Source: Hadesarchaea archaeon (GTDB taxonomy: Archaea; Hadarchaeota; Hadarchaeia; Hadarchaeales; Hadarchaeaceae). From it: a stretch of 64,000 bases of DNA. This document shows positions 1 through 9,110 of the stretch, in pieces. A program made the position numbers and the translations under genes. How positions within the stretch are numbered: position 1 is the stretch's first letter; each line of letters opens with the position of its first letter. The DNA lies in assembly GCA_029259175.1 (NCBI GenBank), contig JAPDJH010000001.1, positions 128,001 to 192,000 of the forward strand, read 5' to 3'. A model generated the notes under the pieces. It saw only the letters and a list, made by a program, of their open reading frames with translations, had not been told where the DNA came from and did no database searches.

Positions 1-1390
1 AGGCAATGTTGGGGAGGTTGGAGACGGACCAAACGGGCATCCAGGCGCCGATGCACACGAGCAGCAGGATGTCCCCACCGCCTAGGTGGTGCCAGAGGTT
101 CAAGAACCCCGCGACGAGCAGGGCCCCGAGCATTCCCAGCACGCCGAGCACCGGCAGGATGGTTTCGAAGCTGAGGGACTGTAAGTAGGGGTACTGAGAA
201 AAATCCCAAGCGCCCGCTATGCTCGCCGGAACGGGAGTGAAGTCAAGCCAGCACGCGATGTAGTAGACCGCCGCGGTCGCGGTGAGGGCTTTGACAAGAG
301 CCGCGTTAACGCGCAACGTCAGGGTGTCGACGGCGGCAACCGAGGCGACGAGTCCCAGAACCACCGCGAAGGGGAGCCAGTCCCACGGCGAGACGCCGGC
401 TCCGAGAGCGCCGGGCAACCAGAGGATGAGCCCGGTGGCCAAAACAAACATTGCAAGGCCAAACAGCTTCACTTGAGTTGTAAACTCAAGCGCTCCGGCT
501 GTCGCAAGTGTTGTGGCGCCCGGAAATCTGTGAAACCGAACTGATCCAAAAAGGTGTGCTTTTCTAAGCCCCGCTTTCAGCTTTATTCCTCCGACGATCA
601 AAGCAAAAGCCATCCCCATCAACATCCCTCCCCAAACGAGGTTCGCGGGATCTTGACCCTGCTGAACTTCATAAAATATCTTAAATGTTGGAAGCAACAG
701 GACACCGCCCGTTACAAGGCACGCCCACTCCCAGACCTCTCTCACCAAATCCTTCGGCTCCGCCACAGGTGAAAACCCTACCTTCACGAGATATCCAATT
801 AGGGAAATCGATACCACCATCCAGACCAAATGTTCAACCATCGGAGGAGATCCCACCAACCCGTAGATCTTGACGGCGAGAAATATGAGGGCCGAGAGGC
901 CCACCGCCATAAGCGCCGAGCCCCACATTTTTCTGGCGGACTTTGAAAGCTCGTGAAACTGCGATGATCCTGTTTTGACCGCGAACACGCTTATCGCCAT
1001 CAGAAGCGCCACCCAACATGTATTTTCCGACCCCAGCGAATTCCCAATCAAACCAAAAAGAATCAAAAGCGTCAAAACCGACAGGAACAGGCCAGCTCCC
1101 TCCAGCAGACAGCTTCCACCGACCCTTACTTCCTCATAGGGCACCTTCAACCCGATGATTGTCAGAGCCATCCCCATCGCCACCAAGAGCACTGAGGCCA
1201 GCGCGTTGGCGAAGGTGAGTGTTACACCGATTAGATCCTTTACCGTGATGAAGGCGAATATCAGCGCTCCAAGTCCCATGAAAACAAGCATAAATCCTGC
1301 AATCTTTCCCGTCGTCGTTCTGGTGATCCGTCGTTTTCTCTTGGGGATCCTTGGAATCTCGAACTCCACCACGTCTTTTCGTTTGGGCAC
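1..1390 (-). CDS. Polytopic membrane protein with C-terminal GxGD (A24/prepilin-peptidase-like) aspartic protease domain; 3' end lies outside the window
   Basis: Not in the ORF track because it has no stop in the window. Manual translation from GTG 1390 (GGTGA RBS upstream) is open to position 1: MPKRKDVVEFEIPR..., many hydrophobic helices, then SVAAVDTLTLRVN (first Asp) and HLGGGDILLLVCIGAWM (GxGD motif). Confidence 0.75.
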   Translation of the reverse strand, partial: MPKRKDVVEFEIPRIPKRKRRITRTTTGKIAGFMLVFMGLGALIFAFITVKDLIGVTLTFANALASVLLVAMGMALTIIGLKVPYEEVRVGGSCLLEGAGLFLSVLTLLILFGLIGNSLGSENTCWVALLMAISVFAVKTGSSQFHELSKSARKMWGSALMAVGLSALIFLAVKIYGLVGSPPMVEHLVWMVVSISLIGYLVKVGFSPVAEPKDLVREVWEWACLVTGGVLLLPTFKIFYEVQQGQDPANLVWGGMLMGMAFALIVGGIKLKAGLRKAHLFGSVRFHRFPGATTLATAGALEFTTQVKLFGLAMFVLATGLILWLPGALGAGVSPWDWLPFAVVLGLVASVAAVDTLTLRVNAALVKALTATAAVYYIACWLDFTPVPASIAGAWDFSQYPYLQSLSFETILPVLGVLGMLGALLVAGFLNLWHHLGGGDILLLVCIGAWMPVWSVSNLPNIA

Positions 1391-1394
1391 GGCG

Positions 1395-2822
1395 TCACCG
1401 CCTCTTCTCCTTTAGCTTACCCATCTTCTTCAGCTCCTCTATGCTACTTTCGAGTTGCTCGATGGTGACTCCAAGTTCTCTCGCGGCTTTTGTTTTTGAA
1501 ATTTTGCCGCGGTGCTTCACGATGTATGCCAGCACCTTTTCGTTCAGGTCGGCAGTTTTGCGGTCCTGTTTTTGGAAGGGGAAAGTCGATATGGCCTTGT
1601 GAATCCTGATTTCCAGGAGATCCATGGGAGGAACTTTATACGCGAAATCTCCCTCTTTTTCACTAACTTTTTCAACGCACTGAACCTCCAGCCACGGGTG
1701 CCGAATTATTCCGAAGAGCCTTCCCAGGAAGTAGAGGAGAGACCTCTTTTCGCGCAGATCTCTCACGGCCCAGATTTCCCCGTTGATTAAAAGTCTGCCC
1801 TCGTTTATTCCCGGCGCGTACTGAAGCAACAATCGGGGGCGCGTTTTTTTCAGAACGATGCCCTGAAGGTAAAGCCTGCCGGCAGTTCTGGTTTTCTTGA
1901 CAAGTTGCACCAGCCAATCAGTTGCCCTTTTTACTCTGTTGAACTCTCGCCTGAGCACATTGGGAGACCCGTCGAACATTATCTTGAGAGCGCCCGTTTC
2001 GCCCAACGCTCTTTCGACCGTCTTGTACATGTACCAGCCCTGAACATAGGGGTTGTCCTCCGAGGTGGGGTAGTAGACCCCGTCGTCGCCGACCCTCTCG
2101 GCCTCTATGAAAATTCTGTCGCCGAGCTTGGACGCGATGTATTCGGCCGCTCCCTCGACGAACGCCTGTCCTAGGAAATCCTTCTTGGAGAGTTCGGACA
2201 GGTCCCCTCTCACGGCGTTCATCAGGTAGTGTGTAAGCTCGTGGTAGAGCACCGTCTTCTCGAGGGCCGGATCATTGCACGCGAGGGGATTCACGAACAC
2301 GCGGTTCGGCGGTTTGAAAAGCCCCAGACACGCCTCCTTGAGTTCACCAGTGCCCAGTATCGGGTACCGGGTGAGCTTGAACTTGAAGCCGTGTTCACCC
2401 AACCACTTCATCAAATCCTCGAGTCTCGCTCTCCCGTCGTAAACTATTCGACCGCTCACTCTCCTTCTATCCACTGGTGTGATCTTTGGATCCTTCATAA
2501 GTTCAAGCGCGATCTCCCGAACGGCTTTTTCCTCCCCCTTCACAACGAGCCTAAATCGCTTTGGATACTTCCCGCCCGAGTACCAGATCGAGACAACAGA
2601 GGCGTTAGCGTATCCCTCAAAGTATTTCTTCAGAAACAGCTTGTTCCATTCTTCTGCTGATGTTTTCTTTTTTGCCGATCTGTTGAAGTGCTCCTTGAAA
2701 AGGATGTCTTCGAGAACTCCGTCAACGACTAAAGTTTCAACTTTCGGTGGGGGGGGCTCCGGGCAACGGGCTGAGATCGTATTTCCCCGTTCTGACTTTG
2801 AATCTAACGCGCGTTTCGCCAA
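1395..2822 (-). CDS. Zn metallopeptidase (HEXXH, gluzincin/IrrE-ImmA-like) with C-terminal winged HTH
   Basis: VLYHELTH...FVEGAAEY; C-terminus KISKTKAARELGVTIEQLESSIEELKKMGKLK. Start uncertain because it overlaps the upstream gene. Confidence 0.75.
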   Translation of the reverse strand: MAKRALDSKSERGNTISARCPEPPPPKVETLVVDGVLEDILFKEHFNRSAKKKTSAEEWNKLFLKKYFEGYANASVVSIWYSGGKYPKRFRLVVKGEEKAVREIALELMKDPKITPVDRRRVSGRIVYDGRARLEDLMKWLGEHGFKFKLTRYPILGTGELKEACLGLFKPPNRVFVNPLACNDPALEKTVLYHELTHYLMNAVRGDLSELSKKDFLGQAFVEGAAEYIASKLGDRIFIEAERVGDDGVYYPTSEDNPYVQGWYMYKTVERALGETGALKIMFDGSPNVLRREFNRVKRATDWLVQLVKKTRTAGRLYLQGIVLKKTRPRLLLQYAPGINEGRLLINGEIWAVRDLREKRSLLYFLGRLFGIIRHPWLEVQCVEKVSEKEGDFAYKVPPMDLLEIRIHKAISTFPFQKQDRKTADLNEKVLAYIVKHRGKISKTKAARELGVTIEQLESSIEELKKMGKLKEKRR

Positions 2823-4149
2823 GGTGCGACAGAAACCTGCATTTTTTGATTTCCAAACGCGAATACCGGTGCATCTGATGTCGTGCCTTGGGATCCCCGT
2901 GGACGAATAGAACGAGTTTCGGCCTCGCGCGTTTGATGTTCTCTATGATGTGCTTTGGGTGGGCGTGCCCCCTGATCTCGAACTTCTTCACCCTGCACTT
3001 GACGGTCAGCTCGGACTCGCCGATGCGAAACTTCCCTCCCTCCTCCATCTTCCACAGATGCCATCCCGGCCAGTCCTCGTCCTGATACCCGACGATGAAT
3101 ATGGCGCTCCTCTTCTCGTCAAAGATTTTAATCGCGAGATTGGAGCTCGCCCCCTCCTGCAGCGTGCCGGGAGTCGCGACGAATATGCTCGGCTTCTTGC
3201 TGTCCCTAATCTTCCTGAACCTCTCGTCGGCCTCGGGGTTCGCATCGACGCCCCGGGGAAAGTCGATGCGGGTGAAGCATTCCCATATGGTCGCCACCTT
3301 TTCCCTGTAAGCAGGGTCCTTCCCGATTACGTCCAGCATATGGTTCATCATCCCTATTGAGTAGCACGGAACTCTCGGGAGCTTTCCCTCCCTCATGGCG
3401 CTGGCAATCACATACATGATCTCCTGCGCTCTCCCGGTAGCGAACACGGGGATGAGGATTCTCCCCTTTTGCTGGAGCACGTTCTTCATCTCCTCGATGA
3501 GGCTGTTCTCCGCTGAAATGATGCTGGTGGTCGCATCTGGCCTCGAAAACTCCGCGCCGTACGTGCTCTCGGAGATCACCACATCGGCCTCCTCCCACTT
3601 CTCGAAGTTGCCGCCCATGCGCGTGTCGAAGGTGCAGATGTCGCCTGTGTAGAGTATCGTGGCTCCGTCCCAGTTCAGTACGATTTGGGCGGAGCCGGGT
3701 ATGTGCCCGGCGTCCCTGAAGACGGCGCTGATCCCGTCGTCGATCTGGAACGCTTCTCCGTATTCTCTCGTCTCCCACACATTCTCCGGCGGCAGGGGCG
3801 GCGAGGGTTCGCCTCTTCTCCTCCTCACCCTTACCGCGTCCTTGAGGATGATGTAGGAGAGCTCCTTGGTGAGCGGCGTGGAAAAAATTTTGAGATTTTT
3901 GTTCTTCTCGAGCAACCAGGGCAGGGCCCCGATGTGGTCTCGGTGCGAGTGAGTTATCAGCACCGCCAGCAGCTTCTTGCCTTTCAGCGGTTCGAAGTTG
4001 GGGATTTGGTCTTTTTTCGGCGATGTCCCGCAGTCCAGCATCACGTACCTCTCACCATCACCCACGAGGTAGCAGCTCCTGCCGACCTCGTCTGCCCCCC
4101 CGAGTGGCAAAAATTCTAAAAATTTCTTGGCGCCCGCTTGGTCGGTCAT
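2737..4149 (-). CDS. MBL-fold beta-CASP nuclease (CPSF/RNase J-like)
   Basis: PLGGADEVGRSC, THSHRDHIG, AGHIPGSA, YTGD, SESTYG, GRAQE, GHAH, VHGD. Start placed at ATG 4149 (MTDQAG), just after the upstream stop. Confidence 0.9.
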   Translation of the reverse strand: MTDQAGAKKFLEFLPLGGADEVGRSCYLVGDGERYVMLDCGTSPKKDQIPNFEPLKGKKLLAVLITHSHRDHIGALPWLLEKNKNLKIFSTPLTKELSYIILKDAVRVRRRRGEPSPPLPPENVWETREYGEAFQIDDGISAVFRDAGHIPGSAQIVLNWDGATILYTGDICTFDTRMGGNFEKWEEADVVISESTYGAEFSRPDATTSIISAENSLIEEMKNVLQQKGRILIPVFATGRAQEIMYVIASAMREGKLPRVPCYSIGMMNHMLDVIGKDPAYREKVATIWECFTRIDFPRGVDANPEADERFRKIRDSKKPSIFVATPGTLQEGASSNLAIKIFDEKRSAIFIVGYQDEDWPGWHLWKMEEGGKFRIGESELTVKCRVKKFEIRGHAHPKHIIENIKRARPKLVLFVHGDPKARHQMHRYSRLEIKKCRFLSHLGETRVRFKVRTGKYDLSPLPGAPPTES

Positions 4150-4154
4150 CAGCC

Positions 4155-4523
4155 TCACCGAGCCGAAGTAATTCCTCCCCACGGAAGATATACTTTGCTC
4201 ACCTGGAGTCCCAGCCTGATCCTGCCGCGGCCGATTGCGTTTTCCCACCAGTCAAAGGTCCAGGAGGACTTCAGGGCGGTTTTCACTATGATCTTGTCGT
4301 TCTTCCGCACGCACACTAGGTCCAGCTCCCCGTAGCAGACCCGCAGGGCCCGATCTCCCTCTGCCGCTACCATCCCTTCCCTCACGGCTCTCCTGCACAG
4401 CCTGAGGGCCGCGCTCGGATTGGATATGTTGAAGCGTTGCTTGAGCCTCAGAAGCGCGTGCTTGGTTACCACGAACTTCAGCTTCTTGTTGTCGTTCAGG
4501 TCAACCGCTTTTTCCATTTTCAT
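4155..4523 (-). CDS. DUF4258/RelE-like (BECR-fold) putative RNase toxin
   Basis: VVTKHALLRLKQRF...IIVKTA pattern; small and basic. Confidence 0.6.
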   Translation of the reverse strand: MKMEKAVDLNDNKKLKFVVTKHALLRLKQRFNISNPSAALRLCRRAVREGMVAAEGDRALRVCYGELDLVCVRKNDKIIVKTALKSSWTFDWWENAIGRGRIRLGLQVSKVYLPWGGITSAR

Positions 4524-4546
4524 ACCACAATAATTCTATAATACAA

Positions 4547-4600
4547 GTAGTATATAAATTTTTCTCTTTCTAATACTGGTGGTAAAGGTTTATATACTAC
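4547..4600. promoter_or_regulatory. Divergent promoter/operator: perfect 12-bp inverted repeat containing both TATA boxes
   Basis: GTAGTATATAAA (4547-4558) / TTTATATACTAC (4589-4600), between the RNase operon and the RHH gene. Confidence 0.7.
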
Positions 4601-4627
4601 AAGAGAACAGTAAAAGTGGTGAGGGAA

Positions 4628-4786
4628 GTGGCTGAGAGGAAGGGGAAGGTCACCAGCATCCGAATCAGGGATGAGGGGCTGTGGAAGGAGGCGAAGATGC
4701 TCGCGATAGAGGAAGACACCACCCTGAGCGAGCTGGTGGAGGATCTCTTAAGGAAAGAGCTCGCCAAGAAGAAGTCCGGAAAATAG
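4628..4786 (+). CDS. Ribbon-helix-helix (CopG-like) regulator/antitoxin, 52 aa
   Basis: Below ORF-track cutoff: MAERKGKVTSIRIRDEGLWKEAKMLAIEEDTTLSELVEDLLRKELAKKKSGK; GGTGAGG RBS. Confidence 0.8.
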   Translation: MAERKGKVTSIRIRDEGLWKEAKMLAIEEDTTLSELVEDLLRKELAKKKSGK

Positions 4787-4909
4787 CGGAAGTCAGCATG
4801 AGTGATAACATTAGCAGAAACTCAGGCATGAACCTCGAATGGGCATTGGTGTTTTGTTGAACTGTCGCGAACTAAAAAGGCGAAGGAAAAGCTACTGGGA
4901 GAGAGAATC

Positions 4910-5608
4910 GTGATAGCGGTTTATTATACTGAGAGCGAAACGGGAACGAAAATCTCATGCCCCCTCTGTAAAATGAAACGCGAAGAATGGTATGGCTTGG
5001 AGCCGGAGAACGATGCGGAGCGGAAAAAGCTGGAAGAAAAGCTTGGAGATATTGCAAGCTGGCTTGTTTGTGCGGAGTGCCTCGAAACCGCAGAGCAGAT
5101 ACTTGGCTGTGAGATAAGGCTTGTAACCGCCGAGGATGCAGCAAAGCTCGCTGACGAGCAACTCTCAGAAACCGTTCCCGAAGGGGTTGCAGAGTATATC
5201 AAAGCCGTGGCTGATGAGAAATGCCCGTTTTGCGGGCAACCCGCAGAAGTGAAATTCGAGTATCTTCCCAAGAGCGAAAATTGGGGTGCTTACCTCCCGT
5301 TTAGGCGTGTCATTCTCTCCTGCAGTTCCTGTGGCAGTGTGAAAAAAACAGCCCCGCGCATGGACGAACCTTTGGGGTACTTTGTGATCGGAACAATCCT
5401 TGGTTTTGATAATAGGGTTCTAGTGGTGGAAGTTGCTCCCTCCGCTCCATCGTTTGTGCCAGAGGATATTCGCATTCAAGATAAAGACAGAGAAATCCTT
5501 GTGCTCGAACACCAGTGCGACCCTGTGGTGCTCGGCACTTTCAAGACGGCAGGGGAACTTGTTGAAATCTTGGTGATAGGAAACAAAGCGATTAAGGTCG
5601 AGGGATGA
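4910..5608 (+). CDS. Hypothetical protein with multiple CxxC (two Zn ribbons)
   Basis: CPLC/CAEC and CPFC/CSSC pairs. Confidence 0.65.
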   Translation: MIAVYYTESETGTKISCPLCKMKREEWYGLEPENDAERKKLEEKLGDIASWLVCAECLETAEQILGCEIRLVTAEDAAKLADEQLSETVPEGVAEYIKAVADEKCPFCGQPAEVKFEYLPKSENWGAYLPFRRVILSCSSCGSVKKTAPRMDEPLGYFVIGTILGFDNRVLVVEVAPSAPSFVPEDIRIQDKDREILVLEHQCDPVVLGTFKTAGELVEILVIGNKAIKVEG

Positions 5609-5626
5609 AAGAAGCTATATATTAAC

Positions 5627-6004
5627 ATGCGGAATAACTTCGCTCGTCTGACGCCACGGGAACTCGAAAAGCTCTCCACCGACTTCTTTAGGAAAATGTG
5701 TGGGGAGGTCAAGTCAACACCATACGTGAAGGACTATAGAGCGGACGTCATAGCAGGGGAGGATGACATGTGGTGCTCGTCCAAGCACAGCCGAAGGCAC
5801 AATGTTGGAGGCGAAGTCCAACGAACACTTAGGATGACGCGGAAGCACGGGGCGAACAAGGCGGTGTTTATTACCTCCTCGAACTTTTACCCGGGAAGCG
5901 GAAAAGCATACAAAGGGGTGCCAATCGAGCTTAGAATTGCAACAGATTCTCCTAGCTACTGGAAAGAATTTCGAAGTTTTGGTGGCCTGGTTGCTAGCGT
6001 TTAA
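5627..6004 (+). pseudogene. mrr: Frameshifted Mrr-family (type IV) restriction endonuclease
   Basis: LTPRELEKL, DYRADVIA and KAVFITSSNF are in the listed frame. The catalytic VVLVQA (5770-5787) and FTREAEK (from 5886) lie in other frames. Confidence 0.65.
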
Positions 6005-6073
6005 ATAATAGCGGGTGCTCTTTTGAATCCCAACGTTTTTTATTTTCACCTCCAGAAAGTGATATGCGAAATC

Positions 6074-7051
6074 ATGAGAGTCTCCTTGCTAACAGAGATA
6101 GCTCCAGAGAATAAGCTTTTGAGTAGGATAGCTTCTGAAGCTAGAAACGCAAAGACCGCATTCATAGCGGTTTCATTTATTCAAAGGGAGGGTTTGAAAT
6201 ACTTCTTCGAAAGCATAAAAGGAATGTTAAATAAGGGAAAGCAAGTTACAATTTACACATCGGGTTACCTTCGAATTACTGAGCCAAACGCATTGGAGGA
6301 TCTGTTGAAATTGACTAAAAGCTACAATTCTTTAAAAGTCTATTTTAACCCGGACGACAGGTTCCATTCCAAATTCTTCTTGTTTGAAAAGCCGAACAAA
6401 ACTTATAGCCTTTTTTTGGGTTCTTCTAACATAAGCCTGGGCGGGCTGGCTGAAATTGGGGAGTTAAACGTCCATATTAGTGGCAAAATCTCAGACCAGA
6501 TTTACAGAGACTTGAAAATTGCGATTGACAATCTAAGAAAGAATAGGCGCTTTAAGAAAATTGACAGGGATGTGATATCACAATATAAAACACAATTTAG
6601 AAAACAGAGAAAACGAGAAAGGAGAGGCACGGGGGCGAGACCGGTTTACCACAAACCTTCTCTTCCACCGCTACCAACCTTGCCGGTTTATGTTGTTGTT
6701 GACGAATTCACTAGCGAGGAGATGAGGAAAATCAAAGAAAAACATCCAAGATGGAAAGATTACGTAGACTATATGTCGTCTCTCAACGGGTTGAAAAAAG
6801 GAGATCCCTTTCTTTTAATTAGAAACATTCGTGGGAGACCCAAAATGTTTAATGTTGCTCAATTTATCGAATATGATAGGATTGAAGGCATAGGAAAAAT
6901 TGCTCACATAGAGCCTTACTTCAAAAGAGATCGTCCTCTGAAAAATCTAGCGAAAAAGCTTAGACTCTCAGAGAAAAAGCTTTTGGAGAGGAAAAAATTG
7001 GATAACATTGAGATTGCCATATTGAGAAGAAACTTCAAGATAGACATTTAG
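6074..7051 (+). CDS. PLD-family (NgoFVII-like) nuclease with unassigned C-terminal domain
   Basis: IAVSFI, FHSKFFLFEK (HxK), LGSSNIS..GL...GELN. Likely start ATG 6074. Confidence 0.8.
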   Translation: MRVSLLTEIAPENKLLSRIASEARNAKTAFIAVSFIQREGLKYFFESIKGMLNKGKQVTIYTSGYLRITEPNALEDLLKLTKSYNSLKVYFNPDDRFHSKFFLFEKPNKTYSLFLGSSNISLGGLAEIGELNVHISGKISDQIYRDLKIAIDNLRKNRRFKKIDRDVISQYKTQFRKQRKRERRGTGARPVYHKPSLPPLPTLPVYVVVDEFTSEEMRKIKEKHPRWKDYVDYMSSLNGLKKGDPFLLIRNIRGRPKMFNVAQFIEYDRIEGIGKIAHIEPYFKRDRPLKNLAKKLRLSEKKLLERKKLDNIEIAILRRNFKIDI

Positions 7052-7201
7052 ATAGTGTGAATGACTTTTCCCTCTTTTAGCACTTCCGCAGACATAAGAT
7101 AGCGGAGCGTGAATAAACATGCCTCAGGAGGTTACATCTGCGGAACTTGTGCACATCAACAAGGCTTGTGTAAGTAGGTTTGCACTTAATCTACGGTTTC
7201 G

Positions 7202-7292
7202 TGGCGGGTGGCGGATCCCATCGGGGTTTCCTAAGGCCCATTCCGAGGACGATATCAATGGGAGACGACCCGAAGGCTCCCGCCACCCGCCG
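7202..7292. other. GC-rich nested hairpin, candidate ncRNA/cis element
   Basis: GGCGGGTGGCGG (7203-7214) pairs perfectly with CCGCCACCCGCC (7280-7291); inner stems TCGGG/CCCGA and CCCATT/AATGGG. Confidence 0.5.
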
Positions 7293-7420
7293 TAATAGAA
7301 TTTTGGTAGAGATTTTTAGAGGTTATGTTTGCTTGGGAGACACTTGTGGAGGACTACATCCCTTCTTCACAGAACTTTTTTGGAGGACGGACGGGCCCCT
7401 ATTTGTCATTAGAAAGCAAA

Positions 7421-8431
7421 TTAAATTTTTTCTAAGAGACCTAGCCAGTCCTGCTTGCTCTTGACTAGAAATCCGCTACTTGCTAGAAAACTGCCGTCTG
7501 GACGGTCTTTGATCGGCACGATGTGGATCGGATACTTCCCCTCTGGATCCAGCTCCTTTATTTTAGGATGCGCTCGAACCGCCTTCTCGGAGAAGATTCC
7601 GAGCCCAGCATAGATCTCTATTCTCCTTTTTTCTTTTCGCCCGGCCAAACGGCACTGCGCAATTATAGGAACACGAAGATCCAGACGGGCTTTCTCAACA
7701 AATCCGGGTATGTAGACGGGGGGTGGCTCGAATTCAGGAATGAGATCCCAAATTTCTTTTTCAGCTTCTTTGGTCAACACTCCAATTTCCCTGCCCAGCG
7801 GAAACAGTTTTTCGCGAATGATGCTAATGTGCTTAAAGAATGAAATCATGTGAGTAATCGGCACGCCACTCTTTACCAAGACAAAAACGTCAGAGTGCTG
7901 AACTTGAGCGCCGGGAAGCTCAAGCCAAGCTCCTTGAAATTTCGTGTCTTTAATGCTTACTCTCAGCCTGGGTTTTGTCCAATTGGCACCCGGTTTTTTG
8001 ATTTCAGAAATGTCGCGCGGGAGATATTTTTCTAAAGGCCCCCTTGTTTTGTCCACGCGCGCCTCAACTCCAAAATGCTCTTTCAAAAACTTCACGAACC
8101 CTATTTCGCCGAGCTCGCCACGCGTCGAGTCCGCCCACTTCTGTAACAGGTCGCGCTCCCCGCCGGTCCGGAAGTCTATCGAAGCATAGCTGAATGCAAG
8201 GCTGAGCCCCCGGATAACTGCTGTTGCGTACTCCTCCGTGTTCAGCCACACTAACCGATCCTGGAGGCGTGAGAGCCACTCCGCAACGTTTTCCCGTATT
8301 AGCTCGCCAACTCTCGTGGCGCTACGCACCAGCTTTTTTGACAAATCTTCCGCGGTTTCCTTTCTCAACCCGTGCTTTCTCATCACCCGTTTGACTTCCT
8401 CACGCACTTCCGCTTCCCAGTGCTTCATCAT
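7421..8431 (-). CDS. Putative type II restriction endonuclease, PD-(D/E)XK fold
   Basis: RGELGEIGF...PRDI...SIKDTK. Lies in an operon divergent from a C5-MTase. Confidence 0.65.
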   Translation of the reverse strand: MMKHWEAEVREEVKRVMRKHGLRKETAEDLSKKLVRSATRVGELIRENVAEWLSRLQDRLVWLNTEEYATAVIRGLSLAFSYASIDFRTGGERDLLQKWADSTRGELGEIGFVKFLKEHFGVEARVDKTRGPLEKYLPRDISEIKKPGANWTKPRLRVSIKDTKFQGAWLELPGAQVQHSDVFVLVKSGVPITHMISFFKHISIIREKLFPLGREIGVLTKEAEKEIWDLIPEFEPPPVYIPGFVEKARLDLRVPIIAQCRLAGRKEKRRIEIYAGLGIFSEKAVRAHPKIKELDPEGKYPIHIVPIKDRPDGSFLASSGFLVKSKQDWLGLLEKI

Positions 8432-8511
8432 TACCCATCCGATGCAATAAATTTAAGTTTTAAGTGCAGGCTCTCCCAACGGCTTCAAACCCTTGTGGAA
8501 CCGCGGTTTTC

Positions 8512-9108
8512 TTAGAGGAGCTTATCAAGCTCCGCGTAGAGCTCTTTTCTAGATAAAACAGTGCTATTCGTCTTCTTGAATTTCGCGCGGATCCGCCGGA
8601 GAAGCGCACGCACGCTCTCCGGCTTAAGCTGGCGCGAGCGTTTAACCAACCAAGACATTATCCGGGGATCGTTCTTAATTGCAGAATCAAAGAACTCCAC
8701 CCAAGTTCTCCATCTCTCCTGCGAGGCAACCTCTGGTGGCATTTTTGCAAGCTCATATGAATACCGGAATATAGGATGCCGGAGAAGAGTTTTTTCTGAA
8801 AATCTATGCACCGAAGCGTGGTACTGCGCTGCTTCCAGAAACAAAAACAGCTCTGTTTGCGGGAGAGCGAAAAGCTTTCTCGCTTTCTTCCACAAGCGCT
8901 CCAACTCCTTCCCAAACCAGTACCAGTACTCGGATCCGTATCTTCTAGCATTGGGGAAGCGATTCCGCATTCTCCGCTCAATAGTTGGCACTTCGGCGCT
9001 CAAATATGCGTCCACTCTGTCGGCGGTTTCTTTTTCTTGATAGGTTATTGCACCCCCGCCTGCTTTCTTGTAAAAGGGCTCGTCGCCACGGCGTACGAGA
9101 ACGGGCAC
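8512..9108 (-). CDS. Hypothetical protein, weakly DUF1016/YhcG-N-like helical domain
   Basis: YWYWFGKEL...RWRTWVEFFD; starts 2 nt after the GHKL gene stop. Confidence 0.55.
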   Translation of the reverse strand: MPVLVRRGDEPFYKKAGGGAITYQEKETADRVDAYLSAEVPTIERRMRNRFPNARRYGSEYWYWFGKELERLWKKARKLFALPQTELFLFLEAAQYHASVHRFSEKTLLRHPIFRYSYELAKMPPEVASQERWRTWVEFFDSAIKNDPRIMSWLVKRSRQLKPESVRALLRRIRAKFKKTNSTVLSRKELYAELDKLL

Positions 9109-9110
9109 GT

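Noticed and set aside
6-1602. Short plus-strand ORFs in the track
   Set aside because: They are shadows of the long minus-strand membrane protease and metallopeptidase genes.
7180-7464. 94-aa ORF
   Set aside because: TTG start, no RBS or motif, and it runs through the GC hairpin.
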